Shown here in pieces: positions 1-10,046 of a stretch of 55,998 nucleotides of DNA. The DNA is from Perkinsus olseni (lineage: Eukaryota), in the NCBI GenBank assembly GCA_013115125.1, contig JABANN010000181.1, positions 1-55,998 on the forward strand, given 5' to 3'. Made by a program: the position numbers and the translations under genes. The notes beneath the pieces are model-generated. The model did no database searches. It was not told where the DNA came from and worked only from the letters and a program-made list of their open reading frames with translations. Positions within the stretch are counted from its first letter, which is position 1, and each line of letters starts with the position of its first letter.

Positions 1-2302
1 AGATCACTTAAGCCTAGCAGTAGACAATATCACAATACATTGCGTGGCGAGCGACAGCCGACACGACAACAGTATCCGAGGAGAGTCTTCCCAGTGAATA
101 AGAGCAACAAGCGAACCGCGATAATAATAGTCACTAGGTTTTCGTTGGCTGAAGATTTGCAAGCTGATGATCACCCCGAGACGTTCAGAGAACGCCTTAG
201 CGCCCAAGTCTGTTGAAGCAACTACTAAGTTTCGCGTTGAGTTGTATGACTCAACGATTATAAGTTGAAGGCGATGCAGAGTTACACTCCAGTATAGAAG
301 TGGGAGGACGACATGACAGTCAACTGCTGCCACATAAGGTTCCACATACTCTCACATGTGCATCTACCCATGCCTCCTAGTTCCCAGTTCGGAGTCTACA
401 TGAAGATGATAGATCCCCCTTGGAAGGAGAGGCTAACTCTCAGAGTGATTAATCACGGGATACGCCCGCTCATAACGATGAATGATTCACGGTTATGAGC
501 TGGTTCTCCCTGCGTGGCTCCCCCAAATCGTTGTGGATACGCGATCGTCATCATCCCCCAAGCTGCTGCCAGTTGTGTGGCGTGTTTTGGATGAGACAAG
601 CCGCGTCTCGTCCAAACGCGGGTCGCGAGAGCCCAATGGACGAATGGAAGCCGCTGTATGCGGGGAAGATTGCAGAAGCGCCACCGGCGGCATCAATGAT
701 GCCGCATCATCCACTCTTCCTCGTGAATACATCCACCGGCAGTACTATCAGAACGCCCGACTGCTATCCGATCCCATCAGATTGTCGCGTCAATGCATAC
801 GCAACCGTATGGGTGAGGATACGAGGCCTGCACTGAGGGGGTGATTCACTCACTGATATCATCAGCGAGTGAAAACTCTTTACGAAAGAGACGCCGCATA
901 TTCCACGACTCGTGGCCCACGGTAACACGCGTATCTTAGACTCCCTCCCGCGCGTGTGTCCCAACTGTTAGTCGGGAACTCTACCCTCCGACGATTTCCC
1001 CTCCAATAAAACCCTGGCTCGTTCTTCTCTACGCCTGAGATCTGTCTAATAAGTAGACTTTGATGTCTTGCGGCAAGACTCTCGCCGAACTTCTTCAGCC
1101 GAAGCCCAATTGGCGCAGAGGTGGCAGCGCCTGATATCTACCGGATCACCAGGGATCGATCCCGACAGTCAGCTATGTGGGAGTGGGGTGCCACAACCGC
1201 CGAGCTAGGACGAGTCAATTCCTGAGTCGCACTTCTTCATCGTAGGCCAGCACAAATTGTACCATTCTTCAGGCGCCAAGTGAACCGTAATTCTTCGGCG
1301 AATAGGCCAAGACAATATGCGACAGTGGCTCTACGGATCGGAAGTTACCACTTCGCTCAGATAACCATTGTGGTTTATACCATCAGCTCAACTGGCAGCT
1401 TGGCATAAACCGGGCGTGATATACATTAGAAACTACGAAGACGGAGTACTGCTTGTTGCTATGCTGTGAATAGGGTGTTGGGATGGACCAACTTCGCGTC
1501 GTGAACATAAGTCTGCACTAATCTAGGAATGGACTGAGCTTTCCCATCTCATACACCGGAAGGGGAGAATCCTTCCAGTCACGACCTCGAGACCGCGCGA
1601 TGAAACGCATGTCTCCACTTGCTTCGGCATGTAACTCATCAACAATAAAAAAAGCCAGTGAGTTTCCATGTGTGTTATTCGGGTTGTGGGTTTTACACAC
1701 CAGGAGAGCGCGACCAATCTGACGACAAGTCACGGATCTCTAGTACATTCGTCGGGACGTTACCATGATGAGGTAAATGCCAGAGTTTTTTATCGACGGT
1801 CGAACGGGGACGAAAGGGACGGGATGTGTGTGCTAGCGACACTGGGTAGAGCACTCCAGGATGATGCAGTTTCTCGTGATACTTAACATGGCCGAGTTGT
1901 AAAATTCTAGTACCGTGGTATTTTGTTCTCGCCAGAAGAAAGACGGCTCTGCGAGTCGCGTGAAGTCGCCCTTCCGCCTTTCAGTTTGTACAAATGTTTA
2001 TTCGGTAAACGATTTGACTGGCTCTGCAGCCTCAGTATTTGAGCCACCTGCAGCTCTTTTGGCACAGTGGTACAAGGACCCCGGGTTTTTCAACACGCTT
2101 TCCATTCAAGAACTTTGAATCAAAGTAGTTATCCCTTCATTCAACCAGCGTATCGGTGTCGATTGTTGGGTCGTTGGTCCGGTAACAAAGTCTCTTGGGC
2201 CAAGTGTGATCAGAACCTATTTCTTTAGTGCTACGCTGAGTTGTTCCATGTTGCGAGCCATAAAGGATAATCCATTCAGGCAACCGCCCTAAAGGAAATT
2301 CC

Positions 2303-2359
2303 CGTCACGCGCGGGTTCGGTGACCCGGAAGAAGGCCACCGGGGTCACACGCGGTGACG
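2303..2359. repeat. GC-rich nested imperfect inverted repeat (hairpin)
   Basis: cgtcacgcg...gtgacccgg aagaaggcca ccggggtcac a cgcggtgacg: inner and outer arms are near reverse complements. Confidence 0.6.
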
Positions 2360-2587
2360 CGATGCCATCACTCCCACCCGTTGCCGCTAAGCTTTCGGAA
2401 GATCATCTGCCATTCAAAAAGCTGGATTCGAAATCCCTGGATTATATATAGGGTGCCGACTTAAAAAGGGCCCACCCCTCATAGATTTTTGGACCGGACG
2501 AGCTAGGAGTTGTAGCTTACACCAATCGAGAACTCTCGAGTCCCGTTCTCAGCCGCATCTCACTCGTGAGTTCTAAGTAATCGATAC

Positions 2588-2698
2588 ATCGAACAGAATG
2601 CCAAAAAATCGCAAAAAATCGTTGGCAAAATCACAGAGGCCATGTTGACGCTGTGAAGTGACTATGATTGACTGCGATTTTTTAGCATTCGGTACGAT
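2588..2698. repeat. ~110 bp element with 26-bp imperfect terminal inverted repeats (MITE-like)
   Basis: gaatgccaaaaaatcgca (2596-2613) vs tgcgattttttagcattc (2673-2690) pair at 17/18. Extending to 2588/2698 gives 23/26. Confidence 0.65.
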
Positions 2699-2908
2699 AT
2701 TTGGAGGGTAAAACTCGCGAGTGAGACGACGCTGGGAACACGATTGTGTAGAGCTTGACGAGAGCTTTCGATCGGTGTGCGTTACAACTCGCAACTCGTT
2801 CGCACGAAAGAATCAAGAGGGGTAGACCCTTTTTAAGTCGGCACCCTGTAACAAGGCACGGGAACGGCAATGGATACAAGCCATATCTTGTTAGGTGTTA
2901 TGCCCTCC

Positions 2909-4309
2909 ATGCGAATCCCATTGGCATGCTCTTTCGCTTCGCTGGTCGGCGCCACCGATCCTCCAAGCAGCACTATCGTATCCATCAACTCTGCTACCGG
3001 TGATGTTGACATCAGTCAGCTGCCTGCAATGCTGACAAAGGCCGGTTACACTCCCGACCCGGAAGTTGCTTCCTTCTTGGACACCGCTGAGATCACCACT
3101 CTTGAATATGTCCACTCGCAGGTGGTTCATACTCCACCCCACACCATCGACAGCGAAGCTCTCTGCAACTTCGTTAAATCGGCCAGCAGCAAGCTATTAT
3201 TGCGATCTGAATGCGCTGCAGATGCCAACGGCGAAGCCTTTGGCGGTCGCGAACAAAGCCCGCCGAAGAAAAAAAGAGCGAATTCGGCCAAGCTCGATAT
3301 GGACCTGCACGTTAACGACCCCGATGCCGTCTACCAGAAGCATCTCAAGTGGATGAACATGGGCAAGGTTTGGCGACTTGCTTTTCCTCATGTCAAACGT
3401 AAGGTCGCGGTGGCCGTCATAGACTCCGGTATCAACTGGAACGATCCTGATTTCGCCCCCTTGAAAGGAAGAGTCAAGAAAAAGAGCGGCAGCTACTTAG
3501 ACGGTGGCTGGAACTTCATCACCGATTCATCAATCATGACGTTCGTGGACTCTCACGGCACGAACGTGTGCAAAATCCTCGCTGCGAAGGGTAACAACTC
3601 GGTTGGTATAGCTGGAGTTGCTCCCAATGTAACATTGGTGCCACTACAAATATTGGACGAAAACGGCAAAGGGCCTCTGTCACGGTTCTTGGCAGCCCTC
3701 CACATGGCTATCGATCTGGAGGTGGATATCGTCTCAATGTCCCTAGGATACTATTTATCGGGTGCCCAAGCACGCCTTATGCAGAGAGGACTTCGCGCTG
3801 CACAGGAGCGTGGTATAGCACTCGTGTCCGCTATCGGATATGCCTCTGAGCTGCGTGAGGACGATTATCCTTGTCGTTACGGTGGGCCACTTGCTTTATG
3901 CGTCGCCTACATGCAAGATGACAAGACCCGTAATGTGCTGCACACCAACTCGGGCTGGGGCAGAAGAGTTGATGTCGCAGCTTATGGTACGAATATCTTC
4001 ACTGGCCGCGATGAGAACGGAGAGTTACGGTACTTCAACGGTTCGTCAGCCGCCACTCCGATCGTCACCGCCCTTTTCGCTATGCTACTATCAATGGATA
4101 TCGACCCAATGGTGGCGAAGCGGCTGATTTTGAATAACGTAGACCCTGTCGAGTGTGAGATGCCCTTCCTAATGCCGCAAACGATACGAGGTGGCGCCAT
4201 CAATGCTCTTCGGACTGTGCAGCGCGCCATCCATCTGCTCCCTCCACACGGTCTTCATCGCAATGATGGCTCTGTGCTCAGTGCCCTCGATTCTCGAGTT
4301 CTTCATTGA
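2909..4309 (+). CDS. Subtilisin-like serine protease (S8) precursor, copy 1, intronless
   Basis: Motifs VAVIDSG (Asp), HGTNV (His), GVAPNVTL, VDVAAYG and GSSAATP (Ser). ORF is open from 2870; the start MRIPLACSF at 2909 was chosen by alignment with copy 2. Confidence 0.93.
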   Translation: MRIPLACSFASLVGATDPPSSTIVSINSATGDVDISQLPAMLTKAGYTPDPEVASFLDTAEITTLEYVHSQVVHTPPHTIDSEALCNFVKSASSKLLLRSECAADANGEAFGGREQSPPKKKRANSAKLDMDLHVNDPDAVYQKHLKWMNMGKVWRLAFPHVKRKVAVAVIDSGINWNDPDFAPLKGRVKKKSGSYLDGGWNFITDSSIMTFVDSHGTNVCKILAAKGNNSVGIAGVAPNVTLVPLQILDENGKGPLSRFLAALHMAIDLEVDIVSMSLGYYLSGAQARLMQRGLRAAQERGIALVSAIGYASELREDDYPCRYGGPLALCVAYMQDDKTRNVLHTNSGWGRRVDVAAYGTNIFTGRDENGELRYFNGSSAATPIVTALFAMLLSMDIDPMVAKRLILNNVDPVECEMPFLMPQTIRGGAINALRTVQRAIHLLPPHGLHRNDGSVLSALDSRVLH

Positions 4310-5862
4310 TTCCTGTACTTGTGGAGAGCTAGGAGTGCCGGATTGGAAAGTCTACAGTCAGGACCAGGCTTCACCTTTCTCCTTAGCCTCTGAAAGAAGC
4401 GTGTTCTTACGACTCATCGTTTGATATCATTGTCTTCTCTGCGCACTCACCGCGGACTTTTTAATACATGAGCCAAATCGCTAAGAGGAATTTTACCCTT
4501 TTCGCTTTTACTATTTGCATAAGATCAGGACCGCTGCTTTCCGACTTCGACAAGTTCCGCACACAAATCTTGCGTTGATTCGTGCTGTTCAACCTGGGAC
4601 GAGAAAAAAAACTGACGGTTGGACCGCCTAATGACTCGTGGGTTCCCGAGAAACTCGCGAGACAGTTGCGGTCATTACTTGATGCTGTGCGCGTATGCAA
4701 AGCGAAGCGATCGATTATGCGCGCAGCGATCGAATACAAAATGCATTATACTGGCGAAAGTGGTCGAATGGAAATACTTTAACCCGGACTCCAACTGCGG
4801 AACAGTGCCGATGCTGTCGCGTAGGGAAATGGAAGTCTCACTGTAACGCAGGACGCCGTTAACATCCTCAGCCAACGCTACAATGCGGACGATAATGATG
4901 GTGTTCCATTATGATAAACCTATCACCATAAACATCAACGTTTTTGCTATCTTGCGTGGGAGAGAATATCCGACCGGAACCCGTGAATCCGCAAGCCTCC
5001 AAGCGGTCTAATCTACTCAAAAGCTCCCATACTTCGATCCCAACTAACTCACTTTGAACCTGGAAAATGGGGCTCAGAAAACGACAAGAATGTTGCTCAA
5101 ACCTCCCACTATGAGGTTTAATGAGCTTATCGCCTCATCGTTGACGACGACACGTACAGTAGGCTAGCAGTCTACTAAGCAGCAGACCAAATTTGAGTGA
5201 ACTGGCCTCCGAAAACTTTTGAACCGATGAATGTTGGTAGCTCTACGCTCCCCGACCTTTTGCACAGCCGAACAGCGCCTAGGATGTGAGCGAGGCTTCC
5301 AGGATGAGCATAGTTCGTCGTAACTCTACAACTCCTAGCGTTACGCACTCTGACATGCCGAGTCCCGCCTTGGAAGGGTGGATCCCCTCATATTGAAGTT
5401 GACTCCGCGCGCAACAGTGCAAAGGCGAAAATAAAGATTGCCAGCCGGACTTTCTCGCCAGCGAACAAGATATTCAACGAAGATCGCAAACCGGTAGGGA
5501 TGGGACCACGCGAGGAAGCAACGACGAAGAAATTCGATACCTTGCTCTGGTTGTGAGCTGCCACGCTCGAAACTTCGGCCCTTCACAGGCGAGAAAGTCC
5601 TTTTTCCGTCGAGCCGAGAGTGAAGGAGCGCGAGCAGCGAGATAGATAACCATCTCTAAGATATGAGAATCTCTGAAAGTGATCTGATATGTAGGATAGC
5701 AGCGACGTACAGAAGGGTTGAAAATGAAGTAATGATCGGGAGGGACGTGGCGAGGTGAAGGTCTCCGGGCGAGGTGCCGAAGAGCTGTTGGGCCGACATT
5801 TTGGGCCCTGCTTCAGCCAAGAACCAAGAAAGGCTCGAGCACTACGCAGACTTGCGCAGAAA

Positions 5863-7200
5863 TCAGTCACCCAGACCAAAGCCATCATCACTACGAAGCT
5901 CAGACGAGCTCAATGGTAGCATACTGATAGCGTGCTGAACAGTGCTCAGCGCATTGATGGCCCCACCCCTTATGAATTGGTTATTATTTTTGGATGTCAC
6001 CTGATCTACGTTAGCTAGCAGGAGCGGCTTCACCAAGTCCGGATCGACACCCATTGAGAGTAGGATAGCAACAAGGCCGCCAACAATCGGTGCCGAGGCT
6101 GATGTGCCATCGAAATACCTCAACTTACCGTTCTTGTCACGACCACTAAAGACTCGTGTACCGTAAGCTGCGACATCCACCCCCTCGCCCCAGTTGGACT
6201 TTGGATGTAGAACGTTCTGACTCCTGTCGTTGTCCAGGTTAGCGACGCAGATGCCAAGTGGGCCACCACACCAACAAGGGTATTTGTCGGAAGCTTTCTC
6301 ACCACGGTTACCGGCTGAGGACACGAACAAGATGCCATTCAACTGCGCAGAACGGAGAGCGCTTGAAACAAGGTGCTGTTGCGCCGTGGTCAACCTGCTG
6401 AAGTAGTATCCGATAGCCATCGTGATGACGTCAACCCCCAAATCAATGGCCATATTGATAGCTTCCGAGAGGAGCGATAATTTGGTGTATTTTGGGTGAG
6501 CGAATATCTGCAGTGGCACCAATATGACATTGGGAGCAACTCCAGCCATACCGACCAAGTTGTTACCCTTAGCCGCGAGGATTTTGGAGACCTCAGTACC
6601 ATGGGGTTCTTTGGTCGTCTGGTCGGTCGACTGGGTAAAAAAGTTCCAGCCTCCTGCCAAGGAGCCACCACTTTTCTTGGCCAACGTTCCCTTCAACGGA
6701 GCGAAATCGGGGTCTGTCCAGTCGACACCGGTATCGATAACGGCCGCCTTGACCGTCCGAGTGACATGAGGACGGGCGAGTTTCCAAACTTGGCTCATGT
6801 CCATCCACCCAAGGTGCTTCTGGTACTTGGCATCGGGATCGTTCACGTCTAGTTCGCCATCAAGTTCGAAGATATCACCGCTAGCATCTTCAGCGCAGTC
6901 AGACTGCAATGACAGCTTGCTGCTGGCCGATGTCACGAAACTGCAGAGAGCTTCGCTGCCGATGGTGTGAGGTGGAGTCTGAACCACCTGGGAGTGGACA
7001 TATTCAAGAGTGGTGATCTCAGCGGTGTCCAAGAAGGAGGCAACTTCCGGGTCGAAAGGGTAACCGGCGTTTCTCATCATTTTTGGCAGCTGACGAACGT
7101 CAACATCACCGGTGTCAGACGTGATGGAAACGATAGTGCTCTCCAGAGAAGCGGTGGCGCCCGCGAGGGAGGCGTGGAGGGTTATGGATGGGATGCGCAT
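5863..7200 (-). CDS. Subtilisin-like serine protease (S8) precursor, copy 2, intronless
   Basis: Motifs AAVIDTG, HGTEV, SSAGN (oxyanion Asn) and GTSASAP. Collinear with copy 1. Start MRIPSITL at 7200. Confidence 0.95.
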   Translation of the reverse strand: MRIPSITLHASLAGATASLESTIVSITSDTGDVDVRQLPKMMRNAGYPFDPEVASFLDTAEITTLEYVHSQVVQTPPHTIGSEALCSFVTSASSKLSLQSDCAEDASGDIFELDGELDVNDPDAKYQKHLGWMDMSQVWKLARPHVTRTVKAAVIDTGVDWTDPDFAPLKGTLAKKSGGSLAGGWNFFTQSTDQTTKEPHGTEVSKILAAKGNNLVGMAGVAPNVILVPLQIFAHPKYTKLSLLSEAINMAIDLGVDVITMAIGYYFSRLTTAQQHLVSSALRSAQLNGILFVSSAGNRGEKASDKYPCWCGGPLGICVANLDNDRSQNVLHPKSNWGEGVDVAAYGTRVFSGRDKNGKLRYFDGTSASAPIVGGLVAILLSMGVDPDLVKPLLLANVDQVTSKNNNQFIRGGAINALSTVQHAISMLPLSSSELRSDDGFGLGD

Positions 7201-10046
7201 TGGAGGGAAAGTCCTGGAATTCCCGAAAACGTGTACAACTCTCAGCCATCCACTGCGAGGCTGTACGGATGCCCACATCCGCAGCCAGAACGGTTGTTAG
7301 ACACTCCACCATACTTTTCTGGAACCCTGGTTTCATGGGTCGCCACCTCGTTGCGTTCAGTATATCACAAAATATAATGACCGTAGGTGAGACAGGACAC
7401 GAACTGGCGGAAGAGGAAAAAAGAGAGCAATCAGCCTGGTCTGGTCACCATCGTGTGATCGAGAAATCGCTTGGCGTGACAAACTGTACGCTATTATCCG
7501 CACCGTCTGCATTTCGACTCAGGCGGATGGTGGGCCTCATCGGTCTAGTTCCTGGCTGTGGAATCCATAATACCACGCGCGTTCATTGTATGGAGCCGCT
7601 ATCGTGTCGCTTACGTGCCTCCGCCTTACAATCACGGGGCCATCGCTACTAGGCGCCGCCAGTTGGTCACCTTATCTTTCTAATAGCCGATGATTTCATC
7701 TCTGGAGCAGGAGGGACACCGGAGCAGCTCCATCCCGGTGCTCAACCCAGCGGAGGCGGTTTGTTCCCACCGCGTTTATCGGGCCCATCACTGGTGGCTT
7801 GTCACAAAGCCGCTGTCAACTTGACAGTGTCCAGATCCCCGTGGCAGTGCATTGGATTATGCATTGGAGTCTCACCCACGTTGGGCAAAACACTTGTGAA
7901 AACGCATAACGCATAACGTGAAATGGGTGATGAGAGGTCGAAACGCGAAAAACGGTCAGGTGTTAAGCATACCGTCATCTGTAGCGCGTTGATCTCACTT
8001 CGGGTAACGCAGTTACCACGTTACGCCACGTTATCTCATTAGCGTTTCTCGCCTTATTGGTAGCAAATTGCAACTAGCAATCCTCACACAGGAGGATTAG
8101 CGTGGGTGAAATTCACATGATGAAGGAAATTCATCATTCATAAATTCACCCAACACATGATGCAGCAGATGAGCTAACTCGGAGCGCGCCATGATGTGCT
8201 TCAATTGCGCTAGAGCTATTCAATTGCAACCATAAGCAACTGAAGAAGGGCGGTAATCGCGGATGTAAGCTGAAGTCAGCCCTCGGCACCGTGGATGTGG
8301 AGATCGACACCAGATACCGATGTCTTGGTCCCTCGTGGACGCAGACCGAGGCGTTCTCTGGTACCCCACTGAACAGTAGTGGGAGGAACCAAGCATGATT
8401 TGGTGTGGCTCTGACGATGCGATCGAGGAAATGATTTGAATCGGTCTCACTGCAGAAGCAGACTTGACAGTGTGCGTTATGACGCGAAGTGTTATTGCAA
8501 CACAACATATGACGTTTTTCGCGAAACAACATCTCGTAGAACTGTTCAAGACGAGGTGGAACTCCATTGAATGCACCAAAGGAAGTGAATCATGCTGCAT
8601 GATTCATGCAGTTGTTGTTGCTGTTGTTGTTGAATCATGTAAAGTCACTGACGTCATTGATGATGCACCAGTAAGAGCCATCTCTATTATCTCCCCAGTA
8701 AACTCCGACAGATTATCGTTGGCATCACTACGATGGCGCCGGTGCATACATCAGAGCAAGTCGATTGGTGTGACGAACGCTGTCGGTCGTGGCAGAGATC
8801 GAGAACATCCTGATGGTCGTTAATAGCGACTCGTTATGACATTTGAGGTCACTTGGATTCTGGTCATACGGCCGAGCCCGAACGGCACTATGTCACATTC
8901 ACGATTCGAATGCATCACTGGACTCCACACATAAGCTGTTGAATCTGCTTCCGCTTGCTTCCCTACCAAGGATTGATGTTCAGTACCGTCCACGCGCTGA
9001 AGCCCGAAGGCTTCAGAGACCTCAGCCGCGTCTCGGCGCGGTATGCCCAGAGCCACTTGCGGTGTGAAGCGTTCAGATCACGTCCACGGCGGAGAGTGGA
9101 CGGCTGGGTTGCGTCCGGGCCACTCGAACCTAGTGCTTAGCTACCATGGAGACTGTCGAGGGCATATGTATTTGCACGACGACCTGCACTCAGACTCTGA
9201 GCCTCAGAGCGAATATGCTGACAGGGTGGCGAGCGGGCCGGCAATTTTCCTCCAACCCGTCACGGAGCCGGGAAGATACAACCCACGCCCTCCTCAGCTG
9301 TGCCATGACCGTCGCGAACTCTCAGTCGCCGGAAACAGAAGCCAGTCACATCCAACTTGAATGCAGGCAAGCATGGAGTAGGACGCCGTTACTTCATACT
9401 TGGTGACTTACTGTTTTACTGGTTTCACATTCAAAGTAAGAATGTGGAGCCGACCACTGGTTTCATCAATTTTTCGCGATCATTTGGTAGCCCACTCTCC
9501 CTACATCTTTACTTGACTAACGCAACATCACCGTCCAATATAGCAGAGCAACTCCAATGGCCGAACAATGCTGTTGATGCTACCATAATCCCGTAGCAGA
9601 ATTACAACTCTCAATGATACAGAGGACCCCGTGCACATTCTCAGATATGACTACAACGCTCGATGATGATCATAATGTTGTCTCGCCATCGTCATCACCC
9701 TGACTCTTGAGCAGCAAACATAATATCAAACCCAACGATGAGACCGGGGCATTGATGGCGTTCAGGGTTATGCCACTACAGAAAAGATGGGCGACTCATC
9801 TCTGTGTCAACGCTCGATGAGCAACAAGGGAAGCATCAAGTAGGAGCCCTCGGCACCCCGAAGTCTCCGCCGGCCACAGCGGGAGAGACGGGCTAACTTC
9901 ATAATACTCAGCCCCTTCTGCCGCAACCACCACCATAATCAATCAAAACTAGTAATGTTAAAGAGTGTCATCGGTAACGACGATGATGACCACCAATCTA
10001 CTGGACTTCAGCACGGAAGAACTTAACAACAGAGGGGTGCTTAAGA

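Noticed and set aside
1-2200. Short overlapping ORFs as a gene or transposon remnant
   Set aside because: No transposase, RT, integrase or other motif recognised in the frames examined.
4310-5862. ORFs between the convergent subtilisins
   Set aside because: Short, mutually overlapping and without recognisable homology.
8146-9600. Aspartic-protease remnant suggested by VEIDT and YFILGDLLF
   Set aside because: No DTG/DSG motifs and no coherent exon chain; the matches are too short.
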